Numbered from the whole stretch's first letter, positions 51,916 to 62,799 are shown. The stretch is 63,762 nt of DNA, filler included, from Lenisia limosa (GCA_001655205.1; 13 parts of 13 records of this genome joined end to end with filler, not necessarily neighbours in it), one strand, 5' to 3'. The notes: a model not told the origin generated them from the sequence alone. Program-made: numbers and translations.

Positions 51916-52669
51916 ATGACGGCCATTTTGGAGACGTCGGCACCGGTTGGAGCAGCCCCCAGACGCAACCCTTCCAGACCGCCGCTGCGATCCGGTGCGG
52001 GCATGGGGGAAGAGTGTTATCTTATATAGTTTATAGTGATTTATATGATATATTAAAATGGACATACATGGGGGAGGAGTGCTTTATCCTACTGTAGATA
52101 TAGCAGAAATAAAAATAACGATGTATCTGGCCGAAGATATATAATATTGATATATTTAAGGGTTTTTTATTGACCTCCCTCCCCCACCCCTAGGGGTGAG
52201 GTATAGGGAGTGGGGGTGGGGGGAGGGTATATTTTTATTATTTTTCATAAATTGTCCATTTAAACAGTTTTCTCCACATAACTCTCCCCCCAGGCCGGCC
52301 GTTATCAGATTCTATCAGCTCCGGCAGCCCAACGGGCAGACAGGAGCGGCCTGTTTCACTCGAGGACCAACCGGGTGGGAGGGTTGTTTATACAGCCACC
52401 GGGATAAGTCTTGTCCGATTTGCTATGTGATTTCCATTTCACACTAATTCACAGTAATTCACATTATTCAGTCCGACGACTATCTGGCCGTCTTTCAGGC
52501 CTCTATGACGTGGACGAGTCCATATGGGGCGGCGAGTCGTCATCCCGACCAAATAGCTTGTTCTCTAACGGTCCTACAAAGTCGACTTCATCCCAGTCAC
52601 TTGCCGCTCTGGCTGCTTCCGAGCCTCTCACCCATCCAGCTGAAATCTTCCAGAAGCCGCCCACACAGG
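51916..52669 (+). CDS. S/P/R-rich hypothetical protein, 5' exons (3'-truncated)
   Basis: GGCAACATG start; three exons joined by two phase-1 introns: MTAILETSAPV..PLRS-GRPLSDSISS..EDQP-VRRLSGRLSGLYDVDES..KPPTQ. The upstream in-frame ATG at 51871 is an alternative start. Confidence 0.55.
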
Positions 52670-53126
52670 TAGGCTTATTGTTTCTTTCTTTTTTCTTTTT
52701 TTTTTAGCAAATTTTGCAATATTTGATAATGCAATTGTTTATATCGTGAGATCCTCCCCCCCCCCTCAAAACATTTTCACCCCTCGTCGCCAAGATTCTT
52801 CATTAAAATCTCCTTNNNNNNNNNNNNNNNNNNNNNNNNNNNNNNNNNNNNNNNNNNNNTTAATTAATTAANNNNNNNNNNNNNNNNNNNNNNNNNNNNN
52901 NNNNNNNNNNNNNNNTCACCCTTCCATCCCTCCCCCCTTTTTTTTAATAAATATATTCAGCGATTGGTGAGTCTTCTTTTTGTTGTGTTAGTTTCAGTCC
53001 GTGTGTGCTACTTAAAATGTTCCGCCAACAGAGTTGATTCTGGCATGTTTTATTCATTAAATGGCAGAGTTGGTTCTGAATTTTGTTTTTGTTTTATAAA
53101 TGTTCCATCATTACCCTTCCCTCAGG

Positions 53127-56100
53127 CCGAACGTTGAGGTAACATTCCGACCAAACACAGTAGTGGAGCTTTCAATCAAAAAAGGAATTGACCAGAAACA
53201 ACTGCTCCTCGTCCAGTCAGTTGCACTTCACCCCCAAGTCACTGTCGTGGTTGATGACCTCGAGGTTTGTATTGTTCGTTTTTTTTTTGAACAAGAGAAA
53301 TAATAAAGACATTAGAATTGTTCGCACTAGTACCCACGTCTTTGCATAGGTTATTTATTATCATCATCGGGGGCTTTTTTTCAGACCGAACTATACTGGG
53401 GAATATTTATAATATTCCAGGATTTATCGAAGAGTTTAGTCTTCTTTTTTTGTTACGAATCACCATATTTTGCACTCATTTTAGTCATGAAAGAGTGATA
53501 TAGGAGAGAGGTATATTGCATATTTATTGATTTTCAGAGTGTGTGATCATGTTTTCAATACCTAATCGAAGACTTTGTTAACCCAGATTGTTTTGCTATT
53601 TTGAAATGAGCTGTTTCTACTGCACAGTTCAGTTTGTTGAGGTTTACTCTTTCAGAGTTTTTCTCAAGATGAATTTATACTCGTTGGAGAGTCAATGATT
53701 GGTTGGTGATCACTTATGTTTATCTGTCAACACATCCCTCCATAAGGGCTACCATGCATTTTCACTGTTTTATTTGGTTAAATTTCCCTTTGTTTTTACA
53801 CATGACCTTGCGAGGCATCAATAAGGCAAATGATTGGGTGAATTCATATTTACTATCATCCCATTTCTCGTGTAAGCTTGATGGTTTGGGCTGCTTTTGG
53901 CCAGATTCAAACATGTTTTATTTTTAATCTCCATAAACATGTATTATGTTATTTTAATCATTTCAGAAATGTCACGAATTAAGCAGATACTCCCTTATTT
54001 TGTATTAATTACTTCAGAAATGTCACGAATTAAGCAGACGGCATCAACAGCCGAGGGGCCTTATCTTTTGGATATCGCGAAACCAGGCCAACTGCTGAAG
54101 TTGGCGGGGTTATTCACATGGAACATATCGAGGGGTCACATGGGGGTGGGAGGGGATAAGAGGAGAGGGGTGAGCTTGGAGGTGGGTGGTATGTACGGCT
54201 TCACTATGAATGTCTCGATAAATTTCCGAAGTTTTCGATATTTTTCCGGTATTTTTTTTTGAACTGAAGTGAAGCCCAAGTGGTATGTTATTCCTTGCCT
54301 CGAGCGCATCATCTTGGCTTCCCTTGTAGTACTTTTCTTCAGATTTTCATATAATTACATGGGATTCTAAGTTATAATTTGAAACTGATTTTGTGTTTTC
54401 CAAAATGATGAGCCAGCGTCCACTTCTCACCCCGCGTTACACATCCAGGAAGAATCCCGAACTCCAAGACTCATTTGACTACTTTTTCGACCTTAGTTAT
54501 GACAAGGACGGACACCTTACCCCTTGTGGTATGGTGGGATGTGTACTGTGAAGTGTATGGGGGGGGGGGGNNNNNNNNNNNNNNNNNNNNNNNNNNNNNN
54601 NNNNNNNNNNNNNNNNNNNNNNNNNNNNNNNNNNNNNNNNNNNNNNNNNNNNNNNNNNNNNNNNNNNNNNNNNNNNNNNNNNNNNNNNNNNNNTATAACT
54701 CTGGCGTCTTGAAGATTTTTTTTCTGAAAACAAGAAGAAAAAACAACAAAGTCTATTCTGTGACTGTATTTAGAAATGTTCCCTGGCAGAACCCAGCCTT
54801 ACACAGTACAATACATCATGGTAAGTCTTGACTGAAACTTTATACTACCTTTGTGATACCAATATTTCAATACTTTTGACAATTGATTTTTTTCGGCTTC
54901 ACTTTAATCTTCCTGATCCTTTAGCTGACTAGCGCTGATCGTTTCACTGATGAAATCCGAAACGAGTTAAACCATGTAGGAGGGTTAGGATCGATTCCCA
55001 TTTCGTCGGGGTATTTTTGCACATTATCAAAGTAAAACTGCCACATTTCTATGTTGGTAGTTTAAAGAATTACTTTAGGCATTGATGCATTTTGGTAAAT
55101 TGTATATTATTGAAATGAACACATTCCCCCGACTCACACGCCACATTCCCCCCGACTCACACGCCACATTCCCCCNNNNNNNNNNNNNNNNNNNNNNNNN
55201 NNNNNNNNNNNNNNNNNNNNNNNNNNACTCACACGCCTGCCATAGATTATGAGAATCAAACAGCCTTTAATGAGATTATGTGTTCCTCATTTTTGTTCAA
55301 CAACATCAACAATCAAAAATCCATTTCCAGCTCTCTTTGATCCTCCTACCAACAATTTACTACTGAACCCTCTAATTGCCATATTATATTAAAATAGTCA
55401 GTTTAAATACATGTTACTCTGTTTCTCATTTTCACATTATAGTTTGCTCTCGTTTCCCCTCACATTTTAGTATACAATCGACAAAATGGCTATCACTGCC
55501 GGCAAAACTGAAATTTCGCGAGATTGGATTTCCGAAATCTGGGATTATTTTTCAATCCAAGTATGATTTGTGTATAAAGTGGCTTTGTTTCTACAATTGG
55601 TCAATTTCAACTTTCTCTTGCTCTTTGATATATCCGCTTTTCTGAGTTGAAATGTGTGAATAGTTTATGATGACTACTAACTGATAAATGTGACTATGCT
55701 GTGTTAATGCTGCCAGAATTGTGTTATTATACTAAGTTAAAATTGGCAGAAGTGTATGATTACTGCATCTCAAAACTATTGGCTAATAACAATTGCAGAA
55801 AATCTTCCACTACAACCATGCTCTCCAGCTCACGCAGGAAAACAGCAGAGAAGCCAGGACGGACATGGAGGAACGTGATGAACTTTATGGCGAAACACTT
55901 TCTGCTTATTTAAGTATGTCATTGGGGCAGTTTTGAATAGAAAAACGCACCGTGTAGTTATTTCCACAAAATTTGAAATTTTAGTGTTTATAGAGTTCTG
56001 GTACAAAATATAATATCTCACATGTTGACACTTTGTTTTCTCAATCCATTGCAGTTATTGTCAGCCGAACGGTTCTCAATTATTAAACCAGTTTAATTAA

Positions 56101-57400
56101 CATTGGGCACCACTTAACACAAGTGATTCCCTCTCTATGATATGAAAAAAACTTTGAACACTGATCTATATATTTTAAACTGTTCACAAGTCATCTTTCA
56201 TAGACATCCATCATCAATGATTAGGTGTAATATATATAATACATATAATGCAGTAAATATTTTGCATGATGGCGTGGACGGCTTTGCGAGAAACTACCTT
56301 GTTTTCTCTCTTTTCTCTATAACTAATATCACTAGATATGGAACCCCTCATCAACGACAATGTTGTCTCAGTTCGAAGAGGCACTTTACCCAACTTTTCA
56401 GCAGCGGTTGGTGATTCACTTAGTATTCAGACTCCGAGTATAATTGTTCTTGAGGAATGTAATTGAAAAAAAATGAGATTTGAAATTAAAGTTACTTCAT
56501 GATGTTGCTGGCTCTTTAAAACGTACTATTGTTGCAATAATTGACCTTTTATTCCATGATGAGCCCTATTCCGTTCCATTTATTTCTTTTCAACACGTGC
56601 AGGAAAGGCAGCAACACATCAGGTTGCGTGAGGAGGAGCTTGAGAACGTATTCTTACGTAGGGCAGTTGTGTAGCATTACAGCTAGATATTCACCTTGGT
56701 CCGAAAAAAGACTGAATTTTCCATTTTTCATATTTCCTGTTCATTCACACCTCAAAAAAATGAAGAATATTAAACATCAGCAAATATTTCTTGTTTCAAC
56801 TAGAACTTCGTAACGGAAGAATTTCTCGAAAAAGTCTCTGACTTGTTATTTTGACAATATTTTTCGGGCCGTGGGGTAGCCATACTTACAACTCTCTATC
56901 TATATTTACCATAAACTCACCATTGTTCAGAACCGCAACCCGGATTTTCTATTATGCTAGAAGCAGGCGCCTTGGCCTTTGCAAAGGACCTTCCTTCAGT
57001 GGTTCAGGAAGTATGGGGAGTTGTGGAGGTTATCTTTTGCATTAAATGTCTCCATAAAACCTTTCCCTTCTGCTGTTCCAACACAATATATTGAATTCCA
57101 GAAGCACACCCATGGAATTGCTCTATTCCGGAACTTAGATTAAGATTTTCGATATTTGAAGCTTAAAACATGACGGATTTACTTTGTAGAAGTTCAAAAC
57201 AAGTTGTAGTAGATAATATATTTGAATCCGTAAACAGGTTTAACTGCCTTTAGAAGCTCAACCATGGACAGTCGCCACTATTCGAACTCGGTCTTAACGG
57301 CGGACCAATTCGGAACACTTTTGTTGCTCTCACCGTATCTACTGCGTACTGTGGGCATGGGCGTCGATAATTTGAACCTCACTTTCTGTTTCAAAAATGT
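53127..57400 (+). CDS. Hypothetical multi-exon gene or genes; a possible degenerate AAA+ segment in the 5' part
   Basis: Exons QVTVVVDDLE, LLDIAKPGQLLKLAGLF and KNPELQDSFDYFFDL loosely recall Walker B and Arg-finger regions of MCM/MoxR AAA+ proteins. Later exons are helical. The family call is weak. Confidence 0.3.
54197..54277. mobile_element. MITE family A, internally deleted
   Basis: GGCTTCACT...TTTTTTTTTGAACTGAAGTGAAGCCC. Confidence 0.75.
55120..55238. repeat. ~22-bp minisatellite, partly masked
   Basis: Unit CACATTCCCCCGACTCACACGC continues on both sides of the N run. Confidence 0.85.
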
Positions 57401-58225
57401 GACAATATTTATCGAGGATTTATCAATAATTCACTCTTTTTTGGAAGCGATATTGCAGTTCTACTATCATGAATACTACATATTATGTAAATCGCTCCAA
57501 GGAATGTCTCATTTGGCTATTTATTTGTTTAAAGCGCATGCACTCCCCGGTGTCTTCATAGGCTGTGACTCTTGTTTCAATATTTATATACCTCAACACT
57601 TACTATTTTTCAAAGTGTCAACCTCATAACTCTTATATAACCTACCCAGTTGCTATGCTTGCTTCAATCGCTACCATTCTCTTTGGTACCGGGTTTTTAG
57701 GTTGGAGTGAGGGTTGTTGAATTTAACACAATTTGTATTATTTTTATTTGCCTTTTAGTGAATTGATACATCTCACTTTTCTTCAAAAATGCAGAAAGCT
57801 ATGTGTTGTTGCAAATGATTCGGTGTAGTTTATACTTGGAACTTCTGCCAGATACTACCTTTTTTTTTCACCTCTATGTAGCATATCCCTGATATCTTCC
57901 TCTATGTAATCTTTTGAATCCCTAAAATTGTTTTAAATTATTGTTCTTAAATTGGATTGTACTTTTTAATGTGCTAATCAAACTTCAGCCGTAACAACCC
58001 TGTCATCAGTTATTTGCATGCTCATAGACTTGCCGGAAGTTGTACAATCCCTAGCCAGGGCTTACCTTGCAATCTCTTATATTAGTAAGGGGTATCCCCC
58101 ATTTATACATTGTTCAGTAAAAAGTCTAATTGTCACCCCCCTCCCCATCCATTCGCATAAATAAGTAAGGCTTCACTCCAATACAGAAAATGCTGAATTT
58201 CTCGAGATATTACTGATATATATAG

Positions 58226-58275
58226 TCAAAATGCGGATCACTGGACAAAATGCGGATCAGTGGACAAAATGCGGA
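58226..58275. repeat. 21-bp tandem repeat at a contig end
   Basis: Unit GGACAAAATGCGGATCA(C/G)T. Confidence 0.85.
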
Positions 58276-60331
58276 NNNNNNNNNNNNNNNNNNNNNNNNN
58301 NNNNNNNNNNNNNNNNNNNTTAATTAATTAANNNNNNNNNNNNNNNNNNNNNNNNNNNNNNNNNNNNNNNNNNNNATGAAGTCATCGGACGGGTGCATAA
58401 CCGTTACCACTCTCAGCCAGTCCATGTTCTGAATGAGTTAATTCAGTTATTTGAATGACTGTGGTCGTTTTGCCTCATGGTTCTCAGGAAAATCTAATCC
58501 TGAAGGCCACTAATGGCTCCCTTCGGGTTACCCTTTAGGTTATAAAGCTTAGCAGACTGATTACTTAGGTTATAAAGCTTAGCAGACGGATTTTTTTGTG
58601 GTTTAAATGTGAACTTCAATAAATAAGCTTCACTATCTCCACCCGTGGTATCCCCCCCCCCCANNNNNNNNNNNNNNNNNNNNNNNNNNNNNNNNNNNNN
58701 NNNNNNNNNNNNNNNNNNNNNNNNNNNNNNNNNNNNNNNNNNNNNNNNNNNNNNNNNNCTCTCATACGCAGGGGCCACCATACTCTAAAAGGTGAATTCA
58801 AACTCGGCCTTATAAACGAAAACAGAGGGGAATATAGAAAAGAAATAGGAGGTACCATACCACTTAAAAGCAATTCAAAAAAGCATTCCCTCTCAATAGT
58901 ATTTTATGCCATAATGCTGCCCAGTGTGTAAACGATGTGAACGTCTTCCATTACAGTCATAAAAAAAAGAGAATTTCGATAAATTCTCGATAAACCCCGA
59001 ATACTACACCGGTCGTTTAGAAAGGCCGGAAGCCCAGCTATACATCACTTGTCACACGTGTTCCCCACCCACGTTAACCCCCGATCCGGCACGGATATCC
59101 GCCCGAGTCAGCTCATCAGTGCCCGAGTAGGCGTGTGAAAGGGTCCATCCTGAGTGAGGTTAGAATACATGTGTAATAACAATGTGATCATTCTCCTCTT
59201 TGATACAAAGCATATTTATTTCAAAAAAAAAGAGAGGGGGGGGGGGGTCAACTCCTAAAGAGAGATAATTATTATATTATATCATAGGATATAATAAACA
59301 ACCCTTTTTCAGCACTCCTGCCTCCGAGCACGTGAAACCCACGCTGACAATGCCTACCTCCACCCCAAATCTCATTGTTGCAGTACGCTTGAACAGGCAG
59401 GCCTGAAAAATGAATACAATTGCCAACGAGTGTTTTTACGAATTATGCACCAAATGCAGTGACATGATACACCCCTCACCAGAGGGCAGTTCGTTGCGAA
59501 GATAATAGACTCCGGAGGGTTGGCGCGATTCCTGGATTTCGACACAGTTCAAGGCAGGATTTTCAACCTGAGTTACATATGAGAGGGGTCTGGTTCGAAT
59601 TTTGATTTGAGGCAATAACTCTAGTTTCATACAATACGGAGACGCCTCAATTTGCATCGATTTCCGAATCCCATCTAATTTTATTCTCATTCTATCTCTT
59701 TATGATGGCTTGCAAAAACCAAATATCCCCCCACGGAGCCCTTTTTGGGGACGACGTCGACGGGCTTTAAGGACTTCGCAAAAACTTCGATCACCTAAAG
59801 CCAATAAGTAGAAAATGAGAAAAGCAAGTTTGTATTTCGGTGAGCACATATAGTGCGGTGAATTGTTTTAAATATGATCGGTCACTGTCACTTGAGGGGT
59901 GGACTGTTTTTATGCGTATGATAAGATATCCTCCAGATATACCTGATATCCACTATCATCAGCATTGCTCGTAGTAGCACACGAAGGGTCGCAACGATGA
60001 TCCTGAGAAGGGGGTAAGGTAAGTGGCTTGTAGGTGGTGTAAAGTCAATTAAAGTACAAAGCCCATTGTGCCCCAATATAAGAAAGCTCGAATTATCTAA
60101 TTGAACTTCCTGTTGAAAACTCTCAAAAAATGAGGCGCTTACACAGTAATAAGGGGCGTTGCATGTGGAAAATTGGTAAAAGAGATGGAGTGCTCCAGAA
60201 TCTACGACATTAATATAAGCTTACTTTGCTTGAAGTTAGAAGCTAAGATATATATAAGACTGTCCATATTACCCCTAAAACACCCCATTCCCTACAGGCT
60301 CCAGATGGAGTGACCAGCAGCTAAATAGGTG

Positions 60332-60391
60332 AAGGAAGAACCAAATAGCTACGAATTGAAAGGAAGAACCAAATAGCTACGAATTGAAAGG
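60332..60391. repeat. 29-bp tandem duplication at a contig end
   Basis: GGAAGAACCAAATAGCTACGAATTGAAAG x2. Confidence 0.85.
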
Positions 60392-60580
60392 NNNNNNNNN
60401 NNNNNNNNNNNNNNNNNNNNNNNNNNNNNNNNNNNTTAATTAATTAANNNNNNNNNNNNNNNNNNNNNNNNNNNNNNNNNNNNNNNNNNNNGGTGCTACA
60501 GAAGCGTCTGGCATGGGCTTTGTTTGTTTTTTTGTTTCATAAATTTTCCAATTTGACTCCTCACCATTTTCACCCTTTCA

Positions 60581-61560
60581 GTGGGAACGGATTCGAAGAT
60601 TTTCCGCTGGACCTACGAATCAAATGACGTGGCTGATGAAGAGCTTGTTTGGGGAGGGGGATAGGGCTGTGATAGAGCTGTGATAGGTCTTTGATGTGGG
60701 CATTTTGTTTTTGAGAGGCTAAGAGTTTGGGCATGATTGTCCGAATTTGATCATTTATATCATTTTTTTTAGTGTTCTTGAACCTACTTTCCCTCCAGCT
60801 TATGCTCGAATAATCTTTTTTTTTATAATGAACATTGTCATCTTACATTAACGTCAGTTTTTCTGACTCCATCCAGCTTATGCTCGAATACCAGGAATAT
60901 CATTTCTTGAATAAACAAAAAGAAATAGAAAAATCGAAGAAAAAAACACGAACTGACAACCTTCAGCTTATGCCCGAGTATGAGCATGACTTTTTTTCGG
61001 ACGAGAAGGAAATCTCTTCGATCGACTACTTCGAAAGGGATCTTGCCAGTTGGGGGGTGGGGTGGTAGAGATAGAGAAGATAGATTGTCGGGGAGTGGGT
61101 AGTGCTTCACTTCGTTTCGAAAAAAAGATTGAATTTATCGATAAATCCTCGAAATCTGTCGATATTTTACCGAGCCGAAGTGGAGCCTTANNNNNNNNNN
61201 NNNNNNNNNNNNNNNNNNNNNNNNNNNNNNNNNNNNNNNNNNNNNNNNNNNNNNNNNNNNNNNNNNNNNNNNNNNNNNNNNNNNNNNNNNNNNNNNNNNN
61301 NNNNNNNNNNNNNNNNNNNNNNNNNNNNNNNNNNNNNNNNNNNNNNNNNNNNNNNNNNNNNNNNNNNNNNNNNNNNNNNNNNNNNNNNNNNNNNNNNNNN
61401 NNNNNNNNNNNNNNNNNNNNNNNNNNNNNNNNNNNNNNNNNNNNNACAGTTATCCCCATTTGGGACGAAGAAGCCGCGACCGTGCCCCTCAACGAGGTCA
61501 AGGCCAAATGGGGCGCCAAATTCAAGGGCAAGGAATTTACCAAGCTGCTTGAGAACAGGG
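60581..61560 (+). CDS. Hypothetical protein, internal exons
   Basis: Exons GTDSKIFRWTYESNDVADEEL, LMPEYEHDFFSDEKEISSIDYFERDLA and VIPIWDEEAATVPLNEVKAKWGAKFKGKEFTKLLENR have GT/AG borders. Confidence 0.5.
61103..61188. mobile_element. MITE family A, intronic
   Basis: GCTTCACTTCGTTTCGAAAAAAAGATTGAATTT...CCGAAGTGGAGCC. Confidence 0.8.
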
Positions 61561-61887
61561 TGGGGGAGAGGTGGACACGGACAAGTTGCTTGAAAACAGA
61601 GTGGGGAGAGGGGAGGAACAATAAATCTTATGGGTAGAAATCATATCATATGCGTCATATCCTTTCGGGGCCTGCAGAGGGGTACACGAGCACTCTATTT
61701 GAATAAATTGGGGCTATATGAGAGAATAGAATTGGAGCTCGGTGTTGCCAAGCTGCTTGAGAACAGGATTGGAGCTGGGTGTTGCCAAGCTGCTTGAGAA
61801 CAGAGCGGGGAGAGGGGTGTTGCCAAGCTGCCTAGTTTGGGGAGAGGGGGGGCAAGGACACTTTCTGGAATAGAAGGGGCTATGTCA

Positions 61888-61981
61888 GGCTTCACTTCGG
61901 TTCGAAAAAAGACTAAATTTCTTGATAACTCCTTGAAAACTATCTATAATAACTGATATATTTCGAACCGAAGTGAAGCCC
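61888..61981. mobile_element. MITE family A
   Basis: GGCTTCACTTCGGTTCGAAAAAAGACT...TTTCGAACCGAAGTGAAGCCC|tag. Confidence 0.88.
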
Positions 61982-62000
61982 TAGGTATATAGAGAGAACA

Positions 62001-62081
62001 TACAGTGACCAGGATAAGTCTTGACCTATTTTCATTGGAAAGTCGTGTTGCAAATCGGTCAAGTCTTATTCTGGCAACTAT
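62001..62081. mobile_element. MITE family B
   Basis: TACAGTGACCAGGATAAGTCTTGACCTATTT...AAATCGGTCAAGTCTTATTCTGG. Confidence 0.75.
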
Positions 62082-62321
62082 GATTGTAGCGGGATTGGTG
62101 GTATATGAAAGCAGGGGAGGGAGGTGTAGCATTTGCTNNNNNNNNNNNNNNNNNNNNNNNNNNNNNNNNNNNNNNNNNNNNTTAATTAATTAANNNNNNN
62201 NNNNNNNNNNNNNNNNNNNNNNNNNNNNNNNNNNNNNTTAGAAAACACTTGAGGGTTGAGAACAACTAGATTTTATTCAAAAACAAAAATGATAGAAAAC
62301 AACCCTGAAATACCTAGTGGT

Positions 62322-62446
62322 GTTTCACTTCGGTTATAAACAGTGACCTGGATAAGTCTTGACCGATTTACAATAAGATTTCCAAAGGAAAATCGGTCAA
62401 GACTTATCCTGGTCAGTGTATAACCGAGCCAAATCGAAGTGAAGCA
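62322..62446. mobile_element. MITE B (62339-62420) nested within MITE A termini
   Basis: TTTCACTTCGGTT (A left end) + CAGTGACCTGGATAAGTCTTGACCGATTT...AAATCGGTCAAGACTTATCCTGGTCAGTG (B) + AACCG..CGAAGTGAAGC (A right end). Confidence 0.75.
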
Positions 62447-62799
62447 CGAGAAATACACCGCAGATCGCGGGCTTTGTTTTTGTTTTATTTTCAACTCTCG
62501 TGTGTTGTTAGCCAACAAAGTTGACTTTGGAAAAAAAAAAAAAAAAATCCTATTTAAAATTGTCCATTTTACCTCCCCCCCCCCCCNNNNNNNNNNNNNN
62601 NNNNNNNNNNNNNNNNNNNNNNNNNNNNNNNNNNNNNNNNNNNNNNNNNNNNNNNNNNNNNNNNNNNNNNNNNNNNNNNNNNNNNNNNNNNNNNNNNNNN
62701 NNNNNNNNNNNNNNNNNNNNNNNNNNNNNNNNNNNNNNNNNNNNNNNNNNNNNNNNNNNNNNNNNNNNNNNNNNNNNNNNNNNNNNNNNNNNNNNNNCA

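Noticed and set aside
13032-62193. TTAATTAATTAA palindrome recurring 12 times inside N runs, as a CRISPR-like or regulatory repeat
   Set aside because: It is always centred in exactly 100 nt (44 N on each side) and encodes stops in six frames, so it is a pipeline concatenation linker. Gene neighbourhoods across it are not biological.
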